This document shows positions 43,205 to 50,748 of a stretch of DNA of 64,000 nucleotides, in pieces. The DNA comes from Candidatus Pacearchaeota archaeon (GTDB lineage: Archaea; Nanobdellota; Nanobdellia; Pacearchaeales; GW2011-AR1): NCBI GenBank assembly GCA_019659125.1, contig JAIFVX010000001.1, forward strand, positions 502,097-566,096. The letters run 5' to 3'. The notes below the pieces were generated by a model, which was not told the origin of the DNA, searched no databases, and saw nothing but the letters and a program-made list of their open reading frames with translations. Every line of letters starts with the position of its first letter. Within the stretch, counting starts at the first letter, position 1. Both the position numbers and the translations under genes were made by a program.

Positions 43205-43561
43205 TTAGTTATACACTAAAATCTCTTTTTTAGGGGACTTGTGGCCAAGACCAAGAGTTAAAGGGATAGGGATATTGACAGCCTTGCGATCTTTCTCAAA
43301 GGTCATCATGAGAAGAACATACACATGGTTTGTTTTATAGGTGACTGACATTTTTACGCTCTGTATCGAGCTTAAAACCTCTTTAGAAACACCTAAATTC
43401 TCACTCGCATCCATGACTTCGATACCACACACGAGGTTATCGTGGTTAATGTCCAGCACGAAATCTCCAATATCCAAGGAGGCTTTTACCTTGTCTCCCC
43501 GTGAAATGGAGAGAATGTCGTTTTCAGAATCATAGTCTATCGTTTTAATTTGCCTTGCCAT
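43205..43561 (-). CDS. DUF2283-family protein (putative antitoxin of the DUF4258 pair)
   Basis: IDYDSENDILSISRGDK...GIEVMDAS matches the DUF2283 pattern (YD.E.D.L.I...G.E....). It overlaps the upstream DUF4258-like ORF by 25 nt. Confidence 0.65.
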   Translation of the reverse strand: MARQIKTIDYDSENDILSISRGDKVKASLDIGDFVLDINHDNLVCGIEVMDASENLGVSKEVLSSIQSVKMSVTYKTNHVYVLLMMTFEKDRKAVNIPIPLTLGLGHKSPKKEILVYN

Positions 43562-43845
43562 TTTATATTAGTATTCCACGCACTTATCACTTTTAAGCCT
43601 TTTGGAAGTACATCAACAATCATAACCAAGGAATACTTTCTGCTCATCCTAAACCAGAGCTTCAGCCTATTTCCCTTGTCTTTGCCATACTCTGCCTTCT
43701 CAAACTTATCAATAGAAGCCAAATATTTCCGAATCATTCCCTCATTAATCGGTCGTTCGCTGGTTCTTTTATAGAAATGGGGGTCAAAGATGATTTCATC
43801 CTGGTTTAATGCCTCGAGAAATGTCCTGACTTCTTTTAACTCCAT
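43537..43845 (-). CDS. DUF4258-family protein (putative toxin)
   Basis: IIFDPHFYKRTSERPINEGMIRKYL ... LKVISAW fits the DUF4258 pattern (H...R..eR.I....i...l ... viTvy). Confidence 0.6.
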   Translation of the reverse strand: MELKEVRTFLEALNQDEIIFDPHFYKRTSERPINEGMIRKYLASIDKFEKAEYGKDKGNRLKLWFRMSRKYSLVMIVDVLPKGLKVISAWNTNIKWQGKLKR

Positions 43846-43922
43846 ATAGTGCTCTGTAACTTCAGCCTATGTTTTATAACTTTCCTCCAGTAACCTTTTA
43901 AATCACCGAATGTTCCAGAAGT

Positions 43923-44570
43923 ATGCCCTTTAAGCTCTCGCCTTCAGCTCTTTCACTCATGGAAGAGTGTCCTCGTTGTTTCTGGCTTACGAAGCATAAA
44001 GAATGGAAGCGGCCTGAATCCATTTTCCCATCACTTCCCTCAGGCATGGATGGCATTCTAAAAGTTCATTTTGATAAGTTTAGAGATAAAAGGCTTTTAC
44101 CCCCAGAAATCAAGGATCACCATCATACAAAGGATCTCAAGCTCTTTGACAATGAGGAACTCCTTAAGATCTGGAGAAACAATCTTAGGGGAATAAGATG
44201 GGAAGATAAGGAAGGTAATGTATTGTTCGGAGCAGTCGATAATATTCTTGTAAATGGAAAGAAACTTATTGTCCTTGATTACAAGACACGGGGCTTTGCC
44301 CTCAAAGATGACACTGCAGACCATTATCAGAATCAGCTCGACATCTACAATTTTCTTCTCAAGAAGAACGGCTATGAAACTGAAGACTATGCCTTCCTCC
44401 TCTTTTACATTCCAAAACAAGTGATGGAAACCGGAGAATTTGTCTTCGAAACCGTTCTTGCCCGTAGAAAAGTAAACGTCAAGAACGCCGAAAGTCTGTA
44501 CAAGCAGGCCCTAAACATCCTGAAAGGCGCATGCCCCAAGGAAAGCTGTGATTGGTGTGAGAAAAGATGA
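43923..44570 (+). CDS. Cas4/RecB-like PD-(D/E)XK nuclease with a Cys cluster
   Basis: N-terminal CPRC. Catalytic GAVD...VLDYKT (D...D/E-x-K). QLDIYNFLL (QxxxY). C-terminal CPKESCDWC. Confidence 0.7.
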   Translation: MPFKLSPSALSLMEECPRCFWLTKHKEWKRPESIFPSLPSGMDGILKVHFDKFRDKRLLPPEIKDHHHTKDLKLFDNEELLKIWRNNLRGIRWEDKEGNVLFGAVDNILVNGKKLIVLDYKTRGFALKDDTADHYQNQLDIYNFLLKKNGYETEDYAFLLFYIPKQVMETGEFVFETVLARRKVNVKNAESLYKQALNILKGACPKESCDWCEKR

Positions 44571-44609
44571 TTAAGCAAAAGATTAAAAAGAGATATACTT
44601 TCTTCAAAA

Positions 44610-45251
44610 ATGGAAGGACATTTAGATAACCCTCTTAAAGAGTTATTTTCTGATACACATTTAACTTCCAGAATTAAAAAGAAATTGCCAAAATTATTTC
44701 ATATTGCAGAACTAGAAAGTTCTAGAGCAGGAAAAGTTGGAATGGAAGTTGGTTCTGTTAGAGAAAAAGTTATAATTGCTCTTTTAATTTATCAATATGG
44801 AAAAGAAAATGTTAATACAAGTATCCCAATTACAGAAGCAGAAACCGATGTTATTGTCAAAGGAAGTCCCTATTCGATAAAAACAATTACAGGTAATGGA
44901 GGTGTTAAAGCTGTCTGGACAGTTGATGCTTCTAGTGCAGCTAACTTTATCAATAGTTATGCTCCAAAATGTAATATTCTTTTAATTCAGATAAATTGGG
45001 GATATACGAGAGGGGGATTTTCTCTTATACCATTAGAAGTTCAAAAGAAAGTTTTCAAGAAACTGGGAAAAGATAAATACCTTAAGCTCCCTAAAGCAGG
45101 AACTAACCCTCGTGGTGTAGAATTCACGAGAGAAGCAATAGATACAATGCTTGCTGATAAGGATACCTTGAAGGTAGACATAGATTGGAAGAAAGAGGTT
45201 TTTGAATATGATACGTATAAGAAATGGGTAGAATACTGGAAAGAAGATTAA
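44610..45251 (+). CDS. Candidate type II restriction endonuclease partnered with the convergent methyltransferase
   Basis: Convergent with the MTase gene, with a 4-nt overlap. Same strongly AT-rich composition. Possible PD-(D/E)XK-like E..TDVIVKGSPYSIKT. The family was not firmly recognised. Confidence 0.45.
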   Translation: MEGHLDNPLKELFSDTHLTSRIKKKLPKLFHIAELESSRAGKVGMEVGSVREKVIIALLIYQYGKENVNTSIPITEAETDVIVKGSPYSIKTITGNGGVKAVWTVDASSAANFINSYAPKCNILLIQINWGYTRGGFSLIPLEVQKKVFKKLGKDKYLKLPKAGTNPRGVEFTREAIDTMLADKDTLKVDIDWKKEVFEYDTYKKWVEYWKED

Positions 45252-46138
45252 CTCAATTTTACTTGTGAAATTTCTTCCTTAATTCTTTTCTCAGCTAACT
45301 TACAATAGTTTTCATCTATGTCATAACCAATATAGTTTCTTTTAGCCTTTATCGCTGCAATAGCGGTTTGTCCACTTCCCATAAAGGGATCCAAAACAAT
45401 ATCATCTTCAAATGAATAAAGTTCTATTAATCTTTTAGGTAATTCTTCAGGAAATGGTGCAGGATGACCGATTTTTCTTGCGGAGGTGGCAGAGAAAGTC
45501 CAAATACTTTTTGTAAAACTCATAAAATCTTTTTTCGTAATGGTATCTTTCTTTTTATCTTTATATCTTGAGTAATTATCCTTTGAAAAAATTAGAATGT
45601 ATTCATGAATATCTCTTAATGTTGGATTCTTGGCGCTTTGCCAGCTACCCCATGCGGTTGAAGTCCCAGCACTAGAAGACTTATCCCATATTATCTCACC
45701 TCGCATTAAAAATCCTAATTCTGACATTATTTGAATGATATGAGCATGGAGAGGGATATAGGGCTTCCTTCCTAAATTAGCTACATTTATACCAACTCTG
45801 CCACCAGTCACTAAAACTCTTTTTACTTCCTTGAAAACATTTCTTAAGAGATTTAAATATTCCTCTAAACTTAAATCTTTATCATACTCTTTTCCCACAT
45901 TATATGGTGGAGAAGTGATCATCAAATGAACTGAGTGGTCTGGCAACTCCTTCATAGTTTCACTTGATGCACAAAATATTCTATTTAATAATTCCTTAGA
46001 TATAATATTTTCTTTCTCAAATGAGTCTTGTTTATTGGCATTGAGGCCATTATACATTTTAGAATTGTAAAACTTTGAAGAATCATGGTTGATTCTTGCT
46101 GAAGTGCCGAATGAACTAGTTTGTGTGCCTTCCACCAT
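45248..46138 (-). CDS. Beta-class DNA methyltransferase (SPPY motif, probably N4-cytosine; N6-adenine not excluded); start at ATG 46138
   Basis: Motif IV ITSPPYNVGKEYD precedes motif I LDPFMGSGQTAIAA, which is the beta-class order. ATG 46138 lies 1 nt after the stop of the upstream Zn-ribbon ORF. The track's longer N-terminus overlaps that ORF. Confidence 0.85.
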   Translation of the reverse strand: MVEGTQTSSFGTSARINHDSSKFYNSKMYNGLNANKQDSFEKENIISKELLNRIFCASSETMKELPDHSVHLMITSPPYNVGKEYDKDLSLEEYLNLLRNVFKEVKRVLVTGGRVGINVANLGRKPYIPLHAHIIQIMSELGFLMRGEIIWDKSSSAGTSTAWGSWQSAKNPTLRDIHEYILIFSKDNYSRYKDKKKDTITKKDFMSFTKSIWTFSATSARKIGHPAPFPEELPKRLIELYSFEDDIVLDPFMGSGQTAIAAIKAKRNYIGYDIDENYCKLAEKRIKEEISQVKLS

Positions 46139-46139
46139 T

Positions 46140-46289
46140 TTATCTATTCCTCGCATGAATAATAGGTTTGTCCCAATAAGGAGACTTGCATTTAGGGCAT
46201 ACAATCGGTATATCTTCAGTTCTTGTTATCCACATATGATCACACCTTTCACACTCACATTCGTATACTCGAATCTCTTTTTTACCCAT
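46140..46289 (-). CDS. Unlisted 49-aa Zn-ribbon ORF immediately upstream of the methyltransferase
   Basis: Translates as MGKKEIRVYECECERCDHMWITRTEDIPIVCPKCKSPYWDKPIIHARNR (CxC..C...CPxC). A tatttaaag box lies about 27 nt upstream of its ATG. Confidence 0.55.
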   Translation of the reverse strand: MGKKEIRVYECECERCDHMWITRTEDIPIVCPKCKSPYWDKPIIHARNR

Positions 46290-46423
46290 AGGAACTACTA
46301 GTGAATTTACTTTAAATACTTTATTATAGTAATATATTTAAGTAAAAATATAAACTTGAACTAAACCTTATGATGAGATAAAACGAGGCATAAACCATAT
46401 ATATAAGTAAATTAGAGAATTAT

Positions 46424-47011
46424 ATGAGTGAAGAAACCCCCCTTATCAAAAAAGAAGATTTAAGAATTGAAAAGTTAGATACTAGACACGTTGCAATCAT
46501 CAGAGAGTTCAAAAGTTCCGAGAAGGAGCTTGAAGACTTTTTAGTTGAAGACGCTTTAAATAACCAAGAAATGGGCATATCAACAACCTATCTCATATTT
46601 TATAACCCTCTAAATAAACTCGTTGCCTATGTAACTCTCTGTAATGATGCAATCAGAGTTCATGGAACTAGACTGGGTAAATCTTTCACAGACAAAGGGG
46701 TCGATTATAAAACTCTTCCCGCTCTCAAAATATGCCGGGTATCGACAGAAAAGTCCTTTGAACGTAGGGGAATTGGAAGATTCATTATGTATTTTGTCAT
46801 GAGAAGAACGATGGAAGTACATGAAAGGTGTGCTTGTAGATTTATTGTGGTCGATGCAAAGCATGACTCAATAGGATATTATAAACAAATGCAATTTGAA
46901 GTTCTTAAACAAAGAGATAAGGGCACTCTTCCAATGTATTTTGATATGATTAAGATTATAAGATACTTTAAAGAGAAAAAGCCTAGATTAACCGATCAAG
47001 CAATTAAATGA
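46424..47011 (+). CDS. GNAT-family N-acetyltransferase
   Basis: Acetyl-CoA motif A ..VSTEKSFERRGIGRFIMYFVMRR.. (R-x-x-G-x-G). Confidence 0.75.
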   Translation: MSEETPLIKKEDLRIEKLDTRHVAIIREFKSSEKELEDFLVEDALNNQEMGISTTYLIFYNPLNKLVAYVTLCNDAIRVHGTRLGKSFTDKGVDYKTLPALKICRVSTEKSFERRGIGRFIMYFVMRRTMEVHERCACRFIVVDAKHDSIGYYKQMQFEVLKQRDKGTLPMYFDMIKIIRYFKEKKPRLTDQAIK

Positions 47012-47140
47012 TTCTATTTCTTTAGCTAGAGCTACATCTTTTGAAGTTATTTTTGCTTTTTCCATTTTCTCCATTTTCTCCAAAAACTTCCTAGCTTCTG
47101 TGCTTCTAAGTTCTGGTGTTGCCCTAATTGGTTTTGCCAT
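46988..47140 (-). CDS. Unlisted 50-aa ORF convergent with the GNAT gene and overlapping its 3' end
   Basis: Translates as MAKPIRATPELRSTEARKFLEKMEKMEKAKITSKDVALAKEIESFNCLIG. An atatttaaaaatc box lies about 25 nt upstream of its ATG. Confidence 0.4.
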   Translation of the reverse strand: MAKPIRATPELRSTEARKFLEKMEKMEKAKITSKDVALAKEIESFNCLIG

Positions 47141-47333
47141 ATTAAAGAGTTAAAGACTTGATTTTTAAATATATCTGCTGTCTAGAATCAGATGCAAAAA
47201 CAAGACCTATTTTCACCCTCTTCATAAGGTATACTCTAGTTTGAACTATATAAACATTATTGAAATTTAGTCGATATGTTTTAAAATCACTGTAAAAATG
47301 TCTTCATTATTCGGTGTCAAGAAGAGGTTGCCC

Positions 47334-47349
47334 ATAAGCTTTAAATACC
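47334..47349 (+). promoter_or_regulatory. Promoter of the ribosomal-protein superoperon
   Basis: gcTTTAAATAcc (TATA at 47340-47347) is identical to the consensus box seen at other genes. No further box occurs until after L15. Confidence 0.55.
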
Positions 47350-47369
47350 CTCGAGAGTAGGAAAAATAA

Positions 47370-47472
47370 GAGTCTAGTTATTCGCTTGCTCTGATAAGGC
47401 ATGCGAAACATACCGTTGGTTCACACGGTAAAAAGGTCGAGTTGCGCCACATAACAATGGAAACACAACCAC
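47370..47472 (+). promoter_or_regulatory. Unusually long (~100 nt) 5' leader of the r-protein operon, containing a hairpin
   Basis: The TATA box is about 125 nt from the rpl3 ATG, against 22-28 nt elsewhere. A 6-bp stem TACCGT/ACGGTA with an 8-nt loop sits at 47411-47430. Confidence 0.4.
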
Positions 47473-48426
47473 ATGGCAAAGTTATCAAGACCGAGAAGCG
47501 GAACATTACAGTTCTGGCCCCGAAAAAGGGCTGAAAAACCCCTTCATAGAGTGAACTGGGAGAATTTTGATAACCACAAATCTGACACTGAGGGAGTTCT
47601 TGGATTCATTACCTACAAAGTGGGCATGGCATCTGCTCTTGTAAAGGATGAGACAGCAAACTCCATGACAAAAGGGAAGCGAATGGTTGTTCCTGTTACT
47701 ATCCTTGAAGCTCCTAACATGAAGATTTTCTCTATAAGGTTCTACAAGAACACCCTTCCAATAAAAGATGTTGTTGTTTCCCATGATAAGGAACTGAAGA
47801 AAGTCTTGAGAGTCCCTAAGGCCCTGAAGCCACTTGATTCTATGATTCCAAAAGAATACGATGATATCCATCTTATTGCATATTCTCTTCCCTCTCAAAC
47901 GACAGTAAAAAAAGTGCCTGATGTGATCGAGCTTGCCATCCATGCAAAGGACAAGCTTGCATTCGCTAAATCCCTTATCGGCAAGGAAATAGCCTTGAAG
48001 GATTTCCTGAACAAGCATGATCTGCTTGATGTGCGTGGATTGACGAGAGGAAAAGGTCTTGTCGGCCCTGTCAAGCGATTTGGAATCACATTGAAGGCTC
48101 ATAAATCTGAAAAAGGAGTCCGTCGACCTGGATCTCTTTCCCCCTGGCATCCTGCCCGAGTCACTTTCCACACTCCTCATGCTGGACAGCTCGGAATGTT
48201 CTCTCGTATTCACTATAATTTCAAAGTCATCACCTCAAATTCTATTGCTCAGAAAAATATCAATCCTGGAACAGGATTCAAGCACTATGGAAACATCAAG
48301 GGCAATTACATTGTTATCCTTGGCAGCGTCCAGGGTCCGGTCAAGCGACAAGTGCTCCTTACACCTTCATTCAGGCCTACCAAATTGCAGGCTAAGAAGA
48401 AATTCGAATTCATGGAGTTAGTATGA
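47473..48426 (+). CDS. rpl3: 50S ribosomal protein uL3
   Basis: MAKLSRPRSGTLQFWPRKRA.. and ..GKGLVGPVKRFG.. are typical of archaeal L3. Confidence 0.95.
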   Translation: MAKLSRPRSGTLQFWPRKRAEKPLHRVNWENFDNHKSDTEGVLGFITYKVGMASALVKDETANSMTKGKRMVVPVTILEAPNMKIFSIRFYKNTLPIKDVVVSHDKELKKVLRVPKALKPLDSMIPKEYDDIHLIAYSLPSQTTVKKVPDVIELAIHAKDKLAFAKSLIGKEIALKDFLNKHDLLDVRGLTRGKGLVGPVKRFGITLKAHKSEKGVRRPGSLSPWHPARVTFHTPHAGQLGMFSRIHYNFKVITSNSIAQKNINPGTGFKHYGNIKGNYIVILGSVQGPVKRQVLLTPSFRPTKLQAKKKFEFMELV

Positions 48427-48722
48427 GAGAGCTAAACCTAAAGATGCCAGAGTCTAAAGAAGAAGAAAGATTGCTTAATAACGGAGACCTAGTCCTTGTG
48501 GATAAGCGTTTTGCTGTAAAGTTTCGCGATTTAGAACGTGGTGCAGAGTATATAACACCTAATTCCCTGAGAGATAATATAGTTTTATCATATATCTCAG
48601 GACCAAATGTACAATTTCACCTACGTTTTGGAATTATGGATGCTGATTTTACGAAGTGTTATAGGGGAAATGAAGGCTATGAAGAGAGAAAAAATGCCTT
48701 GGAGAGGGCAAAATTACTATGA
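48423..48722 (+). CDS. Orphan ORF A (99 aa) filling the L3|L4 junction
   Basis: ATGA overlaps at both ends (with the rpl3 stop and the rpl4 start). GGAG lies 8 nt upstream. About 37% GC against about 43% in flanking rpl4 (hand count). No family recognised. Confidence 0.65.
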   Translation: MRELNLKMPESKEEERLLNNGDLVLVDKRFAVKFRDLERGAEYITPNSLRDNIVLSYISGPNVQFHLRFGIMDADFTKCYRGNEGYEERKNALERAKLL

Positions 48723-49501
48723 AATTAAAAGCAACAGTCTACGATGCAGCAGGGAATAAGAAAGGGGAGTTGGAACTTCCTGCATTCTTTGCTAACCCTA
48801 TTCGAGAGGATATTGCCGCAAAGTCATTTGAAGTTTGGAAATTGATGAACCAACATCTCTACTCTGGATATGTTGAGGCAGGAAAGAGACATTCTGCTTC
48901 TGGTACTATCAGCCACCAAAGACATGACTGGAAAGGGCATTATGGTAAAGGAATTTCGAGAGTTCCGAGAAAGACCATGAATCGACGTGGAACTCAATTC
49001 TTCTGGATTGCAACTGAAGTATCAGGAACTCGAGGTGGAAGACGATCACATACTCCTCGAGGTTTGCGCTCGCCGAGGAAAATGAATGAGAAGGAAATGA
49101 GACTTGGATTCCAATCAGCACTTGCAGCCACTTCACAGACAAAGTATGTGGAAAAGAGATATTCTTCCCTTCATGACATAAAGCATGCACTTCCTATAGT
49201 GGTTGAATCTATGCCTGCAAAATCAAAGGATGTCCTTTCAGTCCTGAAGAAAATCCTTGGCTCATTGCATGAACTTGCCTTACGGCAGAAATCTGTCCGA
49301 CCAGGAAAAGGAAAGCTTCGAGGGAGAAAATACAAGTCATCTGCAGGCCTTCTTCTTGTCAGAGGCAATGATGAGAAGATAAGCATGAAAGGGCTTGACA
49401 TAAAGTCAGCCAGGGAAGTATCCATTGCAGACTTATACCCTCTCGGAAGACTTACTATATTCACTCATAAAGGGATGGAGGAACTTGCTCATGTTGCTTA
49501 G
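48719..49501 (+). CDS. rpl4: 50S ribosomal protein uL4
   Basis: ..HYGKGISRVPRKTM..RGGRRSHTP.. together with its operon position. Confidence 0.95.
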   Translation: MKLKATVYDAAGNKKGELELPAFFANPIREDIAAKSFEVWKLMNQHLYSGYVEAGKRHSASGTISHQRHDWKGHYGKGISRVPRKTMNRRGTQFFWIATEVSGTRGGRRSHTPRGLRSPRKMNEKEMRLGFQSALAATSQTKYVEKRYSSLHDIKHALPIVVESMPAKSKDVLSVLKKILGSLHELALRQKSVRPGKGKLRGRKYKSSAGLLLVRGNDEKISMKGLDIKSAREVSIADLYPLGRLTIFTHKGMEELAHVA

Positions 49502-49733
49502 ACCTGTAACGTCAGAAAAAGCAGTAAAATTGATTGATGTAGATAACACCTTATTGTTTGAGACCGAGAGACGAGCAGACAAGACCCTAATCAAGAAAGA
49601 AGTTGAATCTGTCTTTGCAGTCAAGGTATTATCTGTTCGTACATTGATACGGAACAACAAGAAATTCGCATTCGTTAAGCTTAAGAAGGAGAACCCGGCA
49701 ATTGATATAGCTACTAAGCTGGGAATGATATAA
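49491..49733 (+). CDS. rpl23: 50S ribosomal protein uL23 (start at ATG 49491)
   Basis: MLLRPVTSEKAVKLID...FAVKVLSVRTL. Confidence 0.9.
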   Translation: MLLRPVTSEKAVKLIDVDNTLLFETERRADKTLIKKEVESVFAVKVLSVRTLIRNNKKFAFVKLKKENPAIDIATKLGMI

Positions 49734-50047
49734 TGATGCCAAGTAAATCATCTTTAAGGGAATTAGATTTTAAGGAGTTGGAAGTGGGAAGGATTTATAC
49801 TTTATTGGGAAATGTAGATGTGGATAAAGCAATGTATATAGGAAAATATAGAGAAGACCGCCATAATTTCCTTGTTAGAATTAAGAGTGATGGAAATCTA
49901 AAGATGTACCAAGGAATTGAATCTAAGATGGATGTCGCTGGAGACAAAGTATTATCACATAGCTTTGTACCTTGGAATCAAACAGTAAGAGGAGCAGCAT
50001 ATCGTCAGGCAAGAGATGTTTTAATGGAAAAGGTAGGTCTACAATAA
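49733..50047 (+). CDS. Orphan ORF B (104 aa) filling the L23|L2 junction
   Basis: Its ATG shares 1 nt with the rpl23 TAA (TAATG). Its stop is 1 nt before the rpl2 ATG. About 35% GC (hand count). No family recognised. Confidence 0.65.
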   Translation: MMPSKSSLRELDFKELEVGRIYTLLGNVDVDKAMYIGKYREDRHNFLVRIKSDGNLKMYQGIESKMDVAGDKVLSHSFVPWNQTVRGAAYRQARDVLMEKVGLQ

Positions 50048-50048
50048 A

Positions 50049-50747
50049 ATGGGTAAGAGAATTATATCACAGGCACGAGGACACGGAAGTTTAAGTTACC
50101 GAGTACGAAGAGCAGCATTCATGCACAAGATCAAGTATCCGATGCATGACGGAGAGGCAGAGATAGTCAGTCTTATCCATTCAGCTGGTCACACTGCTCC
50201 TTTGATGAGAGTGCAGATAGGAAATGAGGCATTCATCAACCCTGCATTCAAAGGGGCTATTGTAGGACAGAAATTGATGATCAATGCGCAGGAAGCAAAA
50301 GATGGAAACATCATGATGCTCAAGAATGTCCCTTCAGGAACACATATCTACAATATTGAGAACAATCCTGGAGATGGAGGAAAAATGATCCGAGTTGGCG
50401 GTTCCTCTGCTACAGTTGCAAAGAAGCATGAGCACAACAAAGTGTCTGTACTGATGCCAAGCAAGAAAGAGATCATCTTATCCGGAGACTGTAGAGTCAC
50501 TGTAGGAGTGATTGCAGGAGAGGGAAGGACTATGAAACCATTCATCACTGCAGGAAGAAAGTTCTGGAAGATGAAGACGAGGAACAAGCTATGGCCTCGA
50601 ACATCTGCTGTCAAGATGAACGCTATCGATCATCCATTTGGTTCTGGAAGAGGAAAGAGAATCAAGTCTAAGATCGCTAAGAGAAACGCTCCTCCAGGAA
50701 GCAGAGTAGGACATATTCGACCAAGTAGAACCGGGAGGCGCAAGTAA
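50049..50747 (+). CDS. rpl2: 50S ribosomal protein uL2
   Basis: ..GHTAPLMRV.., ..NAIDHPFGSGRGK... Confidence 0.95.
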   Translation: MGKRIISQARGHGSLSYRVRRAAFMHKIKYPMHDGEAEIVSLIHSAGHTAPLMRVQIGNEAFINPAFKGAIVGQKLMINAQEAKDGNIMMLKNVPSGTHIYNIENNPGDGGKMIRVGGSSATVAKKHEHNKVSVLMPSKKEIILSGDCRVTVGVIAGEGRTMKPFITAGRKFWKMKTRNKLWPRTSAVKMNAIDHPFGSGRGKRIKSKIAKRNAPPGSRVGHIRPSRTGRRK

Positions 50748-50748
50748 T

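Noticed and set aside
47181-47333. About 150 nt of AT-rich non-coding DNA upstream of the rpl3 promoter, examined for a small RNA, mini-ORF or mobile-element scar.
   Set aside because: Only trivial ORFs (19 codons or fewer) occur here. There are no convincing inverted or direct repeats and no C/D-box or H/ACA signatures. I left it unannotated.
47506-48213. A 235-aa ORF on the minus strand.
   Set aside because: It lies entirely antisense to rpl3, whose + strand product has unmistakable L3 motifs. Its sequence is low-complexity with no promoter box. It is a shadow ORF.
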